From Shigella phage Henu10: DNA of 47,865 bases. Location of the stretch: sequence record OQ791282; one strand, written 5' to 3'. How positions within the stretch are numbered: the first letter of the stretch is position 1; each line of letters begins with the position of its first letter. Below, in pieces: positions 8,735 through 18,284 of the stretch. Position numbers and translations under genes: made by a program. Below the pieces are notes generated by a model. The model saw nothing but the letters and a program-made list of their open reading frames with translations, was not told the DNA's origin and did no database searches.

Positions 8735-9454
8735 ATGAAAGCGTTAATCAAAATTACAGAACAAAACGGAAAACAAGCCGTGTCAGCTAGAGAGTTACAC
8801 TCTTTTTTAGAGATAAAAGATAAATTCACAGATTGGATAAAGCGAATGTTTGAGTATGGATTTATTGAAAACATTGATTATCAGATTTTATCGGATTTTT
8901 CCGAAAAAATAGGCAGAGGTCGTCCATCGGTTGATTACGCCCTTACACTAGATTGTGCAAAAGAGATTTCAATGTTACAGAGAAGCGAAAAAGGCAAACA
9001 AGCGAGGCGTTACTTCATAGAGTGCGAAAAGAAACTCCGCACAGGGGCTTACGCTTTACCACAGACCTTTGCAGAAGCATTGAAATTAGCCGCCCAACAA
9101 GCAGAGCGTATAGAATTGCAACAGGCAGAACTCAAAAAACAAGCCCCGAAAGTGGCTTATTATGAAGAAGTATTGCAAAGCGAAAGCACTTATAATACCA
9201 ATCAAATAGCAAAAGAGTTAGGTATGAGTGCCATTACGCTTAACAAAAAGTTACAAGATTTAAAAGTTCAGTATCGGCAAGGTGGCACTTGGCTACTCTA
9301 CCACAAATATCAAAATAAAGGCTATACGAAAACTAAAACGCATACCTATACCGATACTAAAGGGGCAACCCAAACCAGTATGCAGACGGTATGGACTGAA
9401 AAAGGGCGTTTATTTATACACGAGGCTTTATCTAAACGCTTACAAAGTGCCTGA
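8735..9454 (+). CDS. AntA/AntB-family phage antirepressor
   Basis: N-terminus MKALIKITEQNGKQAVSARELHSFLEIKDKFTDWIKRMFEYGFIENIDYQ matches the AntA N-terminal domain; paralogue at 22775..23524. Confidence 0.65.
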   Translation: MKALIKITEQNGKQAVSARELHSFLEIKDKFTDWIKRMFEYGFIENIDYQILSDFSEKIGRGRPSVDYALTLDCAKEISMLQRSEKGKQARRYFIECEKKLRTGAYALPQTFAEALKLAAQQAERIELQQAELKKQAPKVAYYEEVLQSESTYNTNQIAKELGMSAITLNKKLQDLKVQYRQGGTWLLYHKYQNKGYTKTKTHTYTDTKGATQTSMQTVWTEKGRLFIHEALSKRLQSA

Positions 9455-9460
9455 TATAGA

Positions 9461-9492
9461 AAAGCACCCTTAATGGGTGTTTTCTTTTTTTA
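9461..9492 (+). terminator. Rho-independent terminator
   Basis: Stem AGCACCC / GGGTGTT (one G-U), loop TTAAT, followed by TTTCTTTTTTT. Confidence 0.5.
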
Positions 9493-9623
9493 GCAATTCA
9501 CAAAGCAGAATATTAAAAAATATTACTAAATTTGCTTTTGTAAGTAAGGGGGACTAAGTTCCCTTTGTTTCAGAATAACAGATTTGGCTTTAGGTTTCGC
9601 AACAAACTTAAAGCCTTTTTTGT

Positions 9624-9809
9624 TTACCGATACTTCTCTAACATTTTTTCTAAATCTTCTGGCGTTTGTTCGGTAAGGTCAATTTCTTTCTCTTTCTTAT
9701 CATCGTCGTAGTCAGGAGCATCTATAAGCATTCGCTGTACGATACGCCAATCCACCTCCCAAAGCAAATAATCTAAAGTCCAGCCGAAATGGTGGCATAT
9801 TTGCCCCAT
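9624..9809 (-). CDS. Tail assembly chaperone, frameshift-extension (T-like) segment
   Basis: Reading frame is -1 relative to 9827..10288 and stays open upstream across that ORF's stop; acidic C-terminus. Confidence 0.4.
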   Translation of the reverse strand: MGQICHHFGWTLDYLLWEVDWRIVQRMLIDAPDYDDDKKEKEIDLTEQTPEDLEKMLEKYR

Positions 9810-9826
9810 AACGCCGTATATAGATT

Positions 9827-10288
9827 TTATTTCTCTATCGGATTCGCTTTGGTTGGACGATTTCCGTTTAACAATGCGATAGAGAGTATAAAATTTGCGT
9901 AGTCAGCCTCTTTTAGTAATGTTTGGGCGAAATTCAGTATTTCTTTTGAAGTATAAGATTTTAATACTTGTCGTTGTATCCACCAGGAAAGAAGTTTGTT
10001 ATCCGTAACGCAAACTGCTATCACTTTGGCTACTTTATGAGCGTTTTGCAATACTGCTTGGTATTGAGCAGACAGTTGTTCTTGAAAATCTTTTGAGTTT
10101 AACGCCTCATCGTTAAGCTCCATAGTGATAAATATCTTAGATAGCCTAAGCATACGCCCCAAAGCCATTTTTTTGGCTTGGAATTTTCTTTTTTTTCCAA
10201 AAAAGGAAGTTACCTCTATTTCAAACCCCTTTCCCGTGAGTAGGTCAAGTTCCTTTTTTTCTGCTTGTATTTGTTCTGTTGTTGTCAT
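9827..10288 (-). CDS. Tail assembly chaperone (G-like)
   Basis: 153-aa ORF between tail tube gene and the tape-measure region; slippery heptamer near its 3' end. Confidence 0.45.
   Translation of the reverse strand: MTTTEQIQAEKKELDLLTGKGFEIEVTSFFGKKRKFQAKKMALGRMLRLSKIFITMELNDEALNSKDFQEQLSAQYQAVLQNAHKVAKVIAVCVTDNKLLSWWIQRQVLKSYTSKEILNFAQTLLKEADYANFILSIALLNGNRPTKANPIEK
9890..9896 (-). other. Candidate -1 programmed ribosomal frameshift site (A_AAT_TTT)
   Basis: Heptamer fits X_XXY_YYZ in the 9827..10288 frame; the -1 frame continues into 9624..9809. Confidence 0.4.
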
Positions 10289-10367
10289 TATGTTTTGCTT
10301 TTAGAAAAAATACCTACCCACAAATGCAGATAGGTATTTCAACAATTAAAAAATAGAAAAATAGAAG

Positions 10368-10871
10368 TTATGCGACTCTAAATGTACTCCATTCCGCCTC
10401 TCCAGCTTTGGTAGGTGTTAAAACTTCCGCTTTAACAACAACTCCCACCCAACTCTCTTTGCCAATGTCAGGGGTAAAACTAGCGGTTATCAAAACTCTA
10501 GGAAATATAAATCCTAAACCTTTTTTAGGCGTGATTTTTAGTGAGCGTTCAATAGTAACCGCAGAAGATGGAGCTTTATAGACTGTTGTTCCTGCTGAAC
10601 CTGATTTAGTTCCGCCAAATACAGCTACTAGAGTATCTTCATCAGGGTTGGCTACTGTAAACTCTATTTTTTTCTCTCCGCTGGTTAAAATAGCATCTGC
10701 TCCGCCGTCAAATTCTTCTACATTTAGTTTTTTTATAGTGGGGTCTCCAAATTGGATTTTACAAGTTCCTTCTTGGGTAAGCCCTAATGCGGCAAATGAT
10801 GTTCCCACTCCTCCGTCTGTAGCGATATTGGAAAGTTCAATCCTTGCTACTCCTAAGTTAAATAAAGGCAT
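10368..10871 (-). CDS. Major tail (tube) protein, putative
   Basis: 167 aa, position immediately upstream of chaperone genes; Gly/Thr-rich beta-type composition. Confidence 0.45.
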   Translation of the reverse strand: MPLFNLGVARIELSNIATDGGVGTSFAALGLTQEGTCKIQFGDPTIKKLNVEEFDGGADAILTSGEKKIEFTVANPDEDTLVAVFGGTKSGSAGTTVYKAPSSAVTIERSLKITPKKGLGFIFPRVLITASFTPDIGKESWVGVVVKAEVLTPTKAGEAEWSTFRVA

Positions 10872-10898
10872 AATAATTTAATTTTAATGGTTATTTTT

Positions 10899-11309
10899 TT
10901 AGTTAAAAGTAGGGTAGGCATTAAGCTGTACCCTGAAATTGTAATAATTTTCGTTTTGTTCTTCAAAGTCCTGATGTGTTTCCACATCAAGGTTATAATC
11001 GTTTTCCCAAACATCGTTTAAAACGGCATAGACCTTATCCGCTATTTCCTTTAGACGCTTGTTGTCTTTATGCAGTTGCGTGATACCACCTACCGTTACA
11101 GACTTTTTAGGCACATAGCAGTTGATATTGAAAACGCCGTTTTGCAGCATTTGGTTCGTCATCGTTAGCGAGTTAATCACAATATCCTCCTTGTTGCTGT
11201 TTACTGGGCGATTGTCTTTGTAAATTTGCCCATTGATGAACTCATTTAACTTTGCCCGAAGTAGCAAGTCTAAAATCCATTGTTTTCCGTCTAATACCGT
11301 TCTTTTCAT
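10899..11309 (-). CDS. Tail completion / neck protein, putative
   Basis: Position within head-tail joining cluster; no motif. Confidence 0.35.
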   Translation of the reverse strand: MKRTVLDGKQWILDLLLRAKLNEFINGQIYKDNRPVNSNKEDIVINSLTMTNQMLQNGVFNINCYVPKKSVTVGGITQLHKDNKRLKEIADKVYAVLNDVWENDYNLDVETHQDFEEQNENYYNFRVQLNAYPTFN

Positions 11310-11749
11310 TGCAACTGTTTTAGTAATATTGGCACTTGTATTTTCGCTAACTGTTCCGCACTTGTAAGCACTACACGCCCTTTGCTTTCTACATAGCTGG
11401 CATATTTCATTCCTGCAACCACAATTAGAGCGATACCTCTAAATTTTGGTGCTACTTGGTAGGCTAACTCTCTACCGTATTTCAATGGGTCTTCTTTGCT
11501 TGGTACGCTTCCGTTAGCTGAAATACTAAAATTTTCCTCAATTACCCTTCCATCTGCTACAATTACATACCCCTTAGAGTTTCTAAGGTTAGCTGTTTGG
11601 TCTTGGTATGTCCCGTTAGCCTTAGCTTCATTAACACACTTTTCGCCCACAAATTTTAAAACCCTTATTAACTTTTGGGTATAGTCTTCCTCTGTTTGTT
11701 TTAGAATAGCATTTATATCATTCATAGAAAACTTTGGAACTAAACCCAT
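11306..11749 (-). CDS. Head-tail joining protein, putative
   Basis: Overlapping start/stop with neighbours in the connector cluster. Confidence 0.35.
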   Translation of the reverse strand: MGLVPKFSMNDINAILKQTEEDYTQKLIRVLKFVGEKCVNEAKANGTYQDQTANLRNSKGYVIVADGRVIEENFSISANGSVPSKEDPLKYGRELAYQVAPKFRGIALIVVAGMKYASYVESKGRVVLTSAEQLAKIQVPILLKQLQ

Positions 11750-12063
11750 ATTCTTGTGTGTAATTGTTCTTTACCAAACCGCTGTACCGTAGCCTCCAAT
11801 CTTAAAATATTGCCGTCCCACACTTGGATTTTAGCCCCCGTGTTGATGCTTGGACAATGTTTTGGAGCGTAAACCACCGCTGAATAAACATAAGCCTCTC
11901 CGTCTGTTTTGGTAATCTTACTACCACCACCGTTAATTTCATCTCTACAATAACCAACAGTAACCCACTTCGCTTCTCCGTCTTCCCATTCTGCCGTAGC
12001 TTGGTTAAAAGTCGCTTCTGTTTCTTGAAGTACTTTCAATATGTAAGGATACTGCTTTACCAT
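11740..12063 (-). CDS. Head closure/connector protein, putative
   Basis: Position only. Confidence 0.35.
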   Translation of the reverse strand: MVKQYPYILKVLQETEATFNQATAEWEDGEAKWVTVGYCRDEINGGGSKITKTDGEAYVYSAVVYAPKHCPSINTGAKIQVWDGNILRLEATVQRFGKEQLHTRIWV

Positions 12064-12380
12064 TGGTTAGAAATGTCTTTAATTGTTGGTTTAGGCAAAA
12101 GATTAGGCTTTCCCAGTTTCTCACATAGCATTTGATAATAGCCCTCTACTGCTTTTTTATCAAAAGATATAGAGTATCCGCCCTCACTAACGCTGTTTGG
12201 GAGCAATAACATTTCGGGGAGCAAATTGTAGAAAAACAAATCTAATTTAGAGGCTGTTTCATTGTTATACTCGCTTTCTATTTGCAAGTCTAACTTTGAT
12301 AATTCTGCACTAATTAAGGCGTCAGAGTAAGACACCGACCATAAATTTAGTTTCTCTCTGATATACTCCCCGATAGTCAT
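12057..12380 (-). CDS. Head-tail adaptor protein, putative
   Basis: Position directly downstream of major capsid gene. Confidence 0.35.
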   Translation of the reverse strand: MTIGEYIREKLNLWSVSYSDALISAELSKLDLQIESEYNNETASKLDLFFYNLLPEMLLLPNSVSEGGYSISFDKKAVEGYYQMLCEKLGKPNLLPKPTIKDISNQW

Positions 12381-13462
12381 TAGAATTTCGTCTTTAAGAT
12401 TAAATTTTGTCTTGTGTTGTTCAACACAGGCACGGCAAACGCAGTTCCTTTGGTTGAAATACTAATCGGGTCTTGGTGTCCGAAAGTTTTCACAAGGATA
12501 AAATCATCTTTGACCGCCTTACTCATTACATCAGGGAAATTCATGTTAAACTCCGTAGTAGTTGTGTACTGGGTAGTTCCTAAGATTGGAGACACAGAAA
12601 ATAAAATATTTCCAGCTTCCCAACCATTAGTGGCTTCTACTTGCCCTGCTTTGTTTTCGTGAGCAACAAACGATTCTACCAATCTAAATGTAGGCAACCC
12701 ATTTCCTTGCATTTGGGCATTTAACTGTTCTATTGTAATGTTAGGCAATACTGTAGAAGAGTTTACAGGAATACCGTGTACAAACTGACGAACCAAAGGA
12801 TTAGCAAGTAATACATCTAACACATCTCTTTCAAGTGTGATAGTAGTATATCTATACCCTTTACCTCGTGCCTCGCTTTGCAAGTCTGTAATTTCTTTAA
12901 TAGGGTCAGCATCTGCTGCACTAAACCAATTTTTCTTAGCATTTTGAGTTTTGATTTTAAAATCAATCTCCACATTTGCCACGCCCCCAGCGTTATTCGC
13001 AACCGTAGTTTTGAACTTTCCGTTAGAAATTAACTGTTTAGCTACCCATTCCAAACGAGCGTTTACCCCGTCCACCGCAAAGGTTACATCTTCGTAAATT
13101 TTATCAATGAGCTGGTTTTTTATCGCTTGATTTTGAGGGTAAAGAGCAACAGAGTTTCTTAGTTGTTGGATTCTAAGCAAGTCCTTCTCGTCTTTATCCC
13201 TTGCAATTTCAATCTTTGGAATTTCTCCTTTGATTGATTCTATAAAATCACGCCCTTTTCTTGAGGCTTTTGAGCCGATAGCTACAATGTCAGCCATTAT
13301 TTTAGCTCCCATTGACCCCTCTATACTTGCAAAGTTCAAGGTTGGGTTAAACTCCAACGGGAACAAGTTTCTGTATTGAAACCCGCCCAAAGGGTAGGCG
13401 TTCAAAACAGCTTCCAAATTTGCCTGACTAAATTCAGGAATAATATTATTTGCGTTTATCAT
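12380..13462 (-). CDS. Major capsid protein (lambda gpE-like family, putative)
   Basis: 360 aa, preceded by a ~120-aa putative decoration protein and a scaffold-like protein, as in lambda-like head modules. Confidence 0.6.
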   Translation of the reverse strand: MINANNIIPEFSQANLEAVLNAYPLGGFQYRNLFPLEFNPTLNFASIEGSMGAKIMADIVAIGSKASRKGRDFIESIKGEIPKIEIARDKDEKDLLRIQQLRNSVALYPQNQAIKNQLIDKIYEDVTFAVDGVNARLEWVAKQLISNGKFKTTVANNAGGVANVEIDFKIKTQNAKKNWFSAADADPIKEITDLQSEARGKGYRYTTITLERDVLDVLLANPLVRQFVHGIPVNSSTVLPNITIEQLNAQMQGNGLPTFRLVESFVAHENKAGQVEATNGWEAGNILFSVSPILGTTQYTTTTEFNMNFPDVMSKAVKDDFILVKTFGHQDPISISTKGTAFAVPVLNNTRQNLILKTKF

Positions 13463-13481
13463 AGTTTAGTTTTTTTTAAGG

Positions 13482-13853
13482 TTAAACGAATGAAATTCTC
13501 GGAAGAACCGTTTTGATAAATCCTACACCTGCTTTCTCTTTGTCAGGTAAAGCATCTTTCCTTGCAGTTCCTGCCATAACAACAGCTACTAAAGGCATAT
13601 CATCAATAACCACATCGTGAGCGGTTAGTCCGATTGCTCCTACAACATTGACAGTAGATAAATCCTCGTTCAACGGCTTGAACATACCCTCTGTATCAGG
13701 AATTAAAAGCGTTCCTGCGGGAACAACACCGTCCGAAAATCTTTCTTTTGCTTTTTCTGCGTTAATATGGACTCCGCCAGTATAAGTTGAGTCCACTTGG
13801 TCAAAAACGACAATCTGACGAGCAATGCCGTCCGTTTTTTTAACTTTTTTCAT
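13482..13853 (-). CDS. Head decoration protein, putative
   Basis: 123 aa immediately upstream of major capsid gene (gpD-like position). Confidence 0.4.
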   Translation of the reverse strand: MKKVKKTDGIARQIVVFDQVDSTYTGGVHINAEKAKERFSDGVVPAGTLLIPDTEGMFKPLNEDLSTVNVVGAIGLTAHDVVIDDMPLVAVVMAGTARKDALPDKEKAGVGFIKTVLPRISFV

Positions 13854-13856
13854 TTC

Positions 13857-14513
13857 TTAGTTCTGATTTTGATTAAACTTTGTTTTAATATAATCCTGAA
13901 CATCGGCAGAAACTTGTCCCTCTACTGGTCTATTTCCAAACAATGGGTTGCTTTGGTTTTTCAGTAAATCATTGTTAATAGACTGTGTAAACGCATCTTG
14001 GCTTTCCTTTAGTTGGTTTGCAAACTCGTTGATTTGCTCATCATTCTCAAAGGTTTTTCCGTCAATATGCAACTTGTAGAAGTTCTCATTTACACCTAAC
14101 TCTTGAAGTTTAGCAGTTAGCTTTTCCTTATTGGATTGTTGGATTTTTTCGGATTTTAAAGCGGTGATTTCCCCTTTTAATTCTTTCAGTAATTCCAACA
14201 TTGGATTTGGCTCAGGATTTCCCTCATTTGGTTTCGGTTCAGGGTTAGGGTTTGGAGTTGGATTAGGCTCGTTCTTCTCTAACTTCTCTTTCAAATCCTT
14301 AACCTCTTTTAAAAGAGTTCTGTTCCTGTCCTCAAAGGACTGATAAATACGCAATTCACTTTCCACGCTTTCAATCGCTTGGGTGATTTCCGTTTCTTCT
14401 GCTTCTTCTTTGACCGTTCTTACCAATCTGTCGGCTGTAACTTTCAAAATGCTTTCACTTAACCCTAAATCTTTATATTTAGTTTTAAGTAATTCAAGAA
14501 TTTTTTTGTTCAT
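13857..14513 (-). CDS. Scaffolding protein, putative
   Basis: Coiled-coil protein with proline-rich linker PNPTPNPNPEPKPNEGNPEPNP, upstream of capsid genes. Confidence 0.5.
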   Translation of the reverse strand: MNKKILELLKTKYKDLGLSESILKVTADRLVRTVKEEAEETEITQAIESVESELRIYQSFEDRNRTLLKEVKDLKEKLEKNEPNPTPNPNPEPKPNEGNPEPNPMLELLKELKGEITALKSEKIQQSNKEKLTAKLQELGVNENFYKLHIDGKTFENDEQINEFANQLKESQDAFTQSINNDLLKNQSNPLFGNRPVEGQVSADVQDYIKTKFNQNQN

Positions 14514-14621
14514 AGATAAATGGTTATTAGTTTTTTAGTATCTTTGTGTTACAAAACTACTTTAAGTAATAACTCCTTACAATAGGAAAACCAAATAAAT
14601 AGCGTTAAAAATTAAATTTCT

Positions 14622-14645
14622 GATTTTAAAAGCGTGTTTTAAAAT
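14622..14645. repeat. 25-bp dyad-symmetric motif, copy 2 (GATTTTAAAAGCGTGTTTTAAAAT)
   Basis: Same arms and core (opposite core orientation) as 6240..6264; abuts ATG 14646. Confidence 0.6.
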
Positions 14646-14912
14646 ATGAACGAGATTTTACACAAGAGAATAGCCGATATGACCACCTTTGAAATGATGG
14701 AGAGTGCTTATCTTATAGAGAAGGCAAGATGTATCACAATGTCTATTGATGATTTTGCCAAGACTATGGGGTGGGACAATCGGAAAGTTTATAAACTTTT
14801 AAAAGGCAAAATACTTCCTGAAAAAATAATAAGGGGAGGTTATGATTCTTTAAGGCAACGCAAAAGACCCGTATTTATAACGGAAGAGGTGTTAAAATGG
14901 ATTAAAAACTAA
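14646..14912 (+). CDS. HTH DNA-binding protein (excisionase/HTH_17-like)
   Basis: 88 aa; plus-strand ORF within the head module, TATCTTTG box at 14539..14546. Confidence 0.4.
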   Translation: MNEILHKRIADMTTFEMMESAYLIEKARCITMSIDDFAKTMGWDNRKVYKLLKGKILPEKIIRGGYDSLRQRKRPVFITEEVLKWIKN

Positions 14913-14925
14913 TAACCAAATAACT

Positions 14926-15156
14926 ATGAGTACATTTAATTTTTCAGAATTTCTGATGCAAAAAGGATTTACTTTTACTAATTACGGAAGCCATAGCTTA
15001 TACGAGCTTTCCAGAGGCGAACACGATTACTGCGTGAATTTACAAGGAGAAGTAATGACCACCAATGAAAGTAAAACAAAGGATTTAAAAGTGGATATTC
15101 CTATTCCTAAAAATAAATCGGAAGCCGAAAGGTGGTTTAAAAAATTTATTGGATAA
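14926..15156 (+). CDS. Hypothetical protein
   Basis: 76-aa ORF followed by terminator at 15163..15190. Confidence 0.4.
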   Translation: MSTFNFSEFLMQKGFTFTNYGSHSLYELSRGEHDYCVNLQGEVMTTNESKTKDLKVDIPIPKNKSEAERWFKKFIG

Positions 15157-15162
15157 TACTAA

Positions 15163-15190
15163 AAAAGCCCTTAAATAGGGGGCTTTTTAT
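15163..15190 (+). terminator. Rho-independent terminator
   Basis: AAAGCCC / GGGCTTT stem with loop TTAAATA followed by TTTTT. Confidence 0.6.
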
Positions 15191-15440
15191 TTGTACGATT
15201 AAATAAATTATCGTAAATTTGTAGGGTAACTGAAAGTCAGTTATGCGAGTTGGCACCTCGCTTGTTTAACTTTAACTAAAAATCAATGAAATTCAGATTT
15301 GAATTGAGTTTTAGAAAGCTGAAAAGAGGTTTTAAAATCAGGTTGTTGGTCGCAATCAAAGATTTATTAAAACTAATTTTCTAATCTCTAACTCGGTGGG
15401 ATTAAAATCCCACCTCATTGATTTTTCACAAAACAAAGTT

Positions 15441-15590
15441 ATGAAATATTTTTTAAAAAATCTCCGTTCTAAATGGAAAGAAATAAACACGGAGGGTTAC
15501 GAAAAAACTTTTGTTCTTGAGTTGTCTTTGGAGCAGATTATTTTAATTGGTATTGCTGTAATTGGACTTATATGGATAATGATAAAATAA
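15441..15590 (+). CDS. Small membrane protein, putative (ATG start preferred over track GTG at 15396)
   Basis: MKYF... with C-terminal hydrophobic helix; the GTG start at 15396 lies inside hairpin 15395..15414. Confidence 0.3.
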   Translation: MKYFLKNLRSKWKEINTEGYEKTFVLELSLEQIILIGIAVIGLIWIMIK

Positions 15591-15775
15591 AGGAACGGAT
15601 TTTAGAAATCTTAGACCTATTTGGAATGACAGGAACAAAGGCGGCAGAAATTATGGGAGTAAAAGCCTCTACATTTAATTGTAAAAAAAACGATAATAAT
15701 CCCCGCCATTGGTTTAATCAAAAAAACCTTGATGATTTAGTCGCTTTTATTAAAAGGGAGGCGGAGAAGTTATGA
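15572..15775 (+). CDS. HTH DNA-binding protein
   Basis: 67 aa; TGTKAAEIMGVKASTF is HTH-like. Confidence 0.4.
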   Translation: MDNDKIKERILEILDLFGMTGTKAAEIMGVKASTFNCKKNDNNPRHWFNQKNLDDLVAFIKREAEKL

Positions 15776-16813
15776 AAGTAATTTAGCATTATTTTCTATC
15801 CATTCAGGCTTATACTTCCAATTCTTAAAGCGGTCTTTATTGTCTTTAACCCACTGATTAAACTGCTTCGGTGTTGCTCCTATATAGTATTTAGAGGTTT
15901 CAGGTGGCAGTTCTTGGTTATTGTTGAGTTCCTTTATAAGTTCCTCATCGCTTTTTAAAATGGTTCTTCTGTGGCACATACAGCCAATATGCCACTTGTT
16001 CCAGATAAAGTTTTTAGGGTATCTTCCTGCTAACTCATCGCAAATGTCGTAAACTTTATGACTTGGGGATAAATGAATTTCTACGCCCACCACATCATTA
16101 TTCTGCATTATTCTTATTTGTTCGCTGGTGCGGTAAGCGGTGTTAATTTCTTCCTTAGCTAATCGCAAAGCGTTTTTGTGTGCCGAACGGTAAACGCCCT
16201 GACCTGGATTATAATATTTGGCATTTTGACTTAATACTAAATTGCCGTGCTTGTCTCTTATCCTGCGGTATAGTCTGTCGGGTTCGTTTAGGTTCTTTTT
16301 GATTTTACGAGCGAGTTCATTGGCACTCATTCCCTCCGAAAGGCTAACATCAATAGCCATCTCTAACTCGGACTTTACTTGTTGGGTAATACTCCAAACT
16401 CTCTCGGATAGTGTAAAATCGTTTATCTTTCGTTGCTGAAAAGAATGTAAGGCTTTGAGGTTATGAGGCGTTTTTGCTACCTTTTCAATCTCTCGGATAT
16501 AGGTTTCCTTGCTTAGTTTATGAGCTAACCTTTCCAAAGTAGCTATTCGCAAAGCATTGTATTTTTCATTTGCGAATTGCCACTGTTTCTCCGTTCCTAT
16601 ATTGATAGTATTAAGCGTGTTTTTGTAATAAGAATCTAAAGCCTTTTCAATCTCCAGTAGTATTTTTTTATTATTGCGGAAGCGGTAAATCTTGTTTGTA
16701 ATATCAGACTTAACGACCAAAGATGAAACCCTTGCAATCAAACCATTGTAGATTTGTTCAAGGGTTCTTCCGTATTGTTTTACTCGTTTCCTATGTAGTG
16801 TATCAAAGTCCAT
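15770..16813 (-). CDS. Phage head morphogenesis (minor head) protein, putative
   Basis: 347 aa directly downstream of putative portal gene with coupled start/stop. Confidence 0.45.
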   Translation of the reverse strand: MDFDTLHRKRVKQYGRTLEQIYNGLIARVSSLVVKSDITNKIYRFRNNKKILLEIEKALDSYYKNTLNTINIGTEKQWQFANEKYNALRIATLERLAHKLSKETYIREIEKVAKTPHNLKALHSFQQRKINDFTLSERVWSITQQVKSELEMAIDVSLSEGMSANELARKIKKNLNEPDRLYRRIRDKHGNLVLSQNAKYYNPGQGVYRSAHKNALRLAKEEINTAYRTSEQIRIMQNNDVVGVEIHLSPSHKVYDICDELAGRYPKNFIWNKWHIGCMCHRRTILKSDEELIKELNNNQELPPETSKYYIGATPKQFNQWVKDNKDRFKNWKYKPEWIENNAKLLS

Positions 16814-18171
16814 CAGATAGCGAATGATTTGCTATTAGCCAATTCGTTAATTCTATCGTCTTCCTCTTGTATCTGCTGTATCATTTCTTTTGGATTCTTA
16901 ATGCCGAGTTTTTGCATAGCATATTCTTGCGAGTAGAGAGGCTTATTGCCATTAGCTTCCATTAAGAAACGAACGAAATCCGCATCGTTATTGATGATGA
17001 AAGGAGTAATAATTGGCTCTACATCTAAGTCATTATTCTTTAGTTTTACATTGAACATTTGTAGGTGCGACTTGATGATACTTGCTCTTCTTTGAAGGGC
17101 AGGAATATAAATAGCCAGCTTGTCCATTACCTTGAGGTGTGCCGATAAAAACAAAAATTCAGCATTGCTTCCTGCTAACATATTACCCAAACCTTTCATA
17201 TTGTCAAAGCTAATATTTGGTGTAGCGGTAAAGTCGTGAACATCTCGTTCTAAACGGTCGGTTTCTTCCGTGAGGCTTTGGTTAGCTTGGGGTTGATTGG
17301 CAAATTCAGCTTCCGCTCCTTCTTCTAACTGTAGTACACGCCCAGACTTGTCTTGTGATAACTGCCCTGTTACTTTGCCTTTTAGTTTTAAAATAGGAAA
17401 AGAAAAGCGGTCGTTGCTTTCTGCGGTGTTAGAATAAATGTGCTCCAATCTTTCAATGGCAGTTTGCACATCTGCCCACTCTACATTTTCCTGCTTGTAG
17501 TACACTATCGGAATTTTTCCTATTGCGTTAGGAATATCGCTTATTTTTTTCCATTCTTTTTCTTGTTCATATCTGATAATCCTTTCGTCTGTATAAACCT
17601 CAAAAATGGTTTTATTTCCATTCTTGAACTCCCGAGCAAAAGAAATAAGGTTGTCGTTTTCGTCAAATTTCGGATATAAGCTATAAATGTCAGGTGTCAA
17701 AACTTTAACCTTTAGCCTAAATTTTGCTCTAAACCCATAATGTTCGTTAGGTTCATCGGTAAAATACCAAAGCTCGGCACATTCTGTAAATCGTCCCACA
17801 GAGGTTGCGATTTCCCTATCCACAAATTTCATCTTGTTTTTTTCAATAACCTTTAAAAAGGCTTTAAATAGCTCATCGTCCTCGAGGTTATTCGTGTATT
17901 TGATAGGTTCGCCACATAAAAAGGTAGTTGCTATATTGACTATCTTTTTTTGATAGGGAAGACCGATGCGATTAAGGGGTATGGTTACTTTTTGTTTTTG
18001 CTTATTTCCTTTTTCGTCTGTATAGTCTGACACCACCGTTCTATCCGGGTATTTTACCAAATCGGTAAAAATTTTATGCTTTTTTACTTCATATTGGGAG
18101 TTGAACAGCGTAATATCAGGCAAAGTACGCTCCCCTTTATGTTTTTCTATTTCTTGAGCAATGGTATTCAT
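16813..18171 (-). CDS. Portal protein, putative
   Basis: 452 aa immediately downstream of terminase large subunit. Confidence 0.55.
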   Translation of the reverse strand: MNTIAQEIEKHKGERTLPDITLFNSQYEVKKHKIFTDLVKYPDRTVVSDYTDEKGNKQKQKVTIPLNRIGLPYQKKIVNIATTFLCGEPIKYTNNLEDDELFKAFLKVIEKNKMKFVDREIATSVGRFTECAELWYFTDEPNEHYGFRAKFRLKVKVLTPDIYSLYPKFDENDNLISFAREFKNGNKTIFEVYTDERIIRYEQEKEWKKISDIPNAIGKIPIVYYKQENVEWADVQTAIERLEHIYSNTAESNDRFSFPILKLKGKVTGQLSQDKSGRVLQLEEGAEAEFANQPQANQSLTEETDRLERDVHDFTATPNISFDNMKGLGNMLAGSNAEFLFLSAHLKVMDKLAIYIPALQRRASIIKSHLQMFNVKLKNNDLDVEPIITPFIINNDADFVRFLMEANGNKPLYSQEYAMQKLGIKNPKEMIQQIQEEDDRINELANSKSFAI

Positions 18172-18263
18172 AATGATATATTAGTGATAATCACAAAATT
18201 AACTATACCAAAAACCGCTAACAATAGCAATAGGGGAGGATTTGGCAGAAAAACTAAATTTTC

Positions 18264-18284
18264 GATTTTAAAAGCGTGTTTTAT
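18264..18284. repeat. Dyad-symmetric motif, copy 3 (GATTTTAAAAGCGTGTTTTAT)
   Basis: Directly downstream of terL stop and about 90 bp upstream of portal start. Confidence 0.55.

Noticed and set aside
15396-15590. GTG start at 15396 for the small plus-strand ORF
   Set aside because: The GTG lies inside a perfect 9-bp hairpin (15395..15414); ATG at 15441 is the more plausible start.
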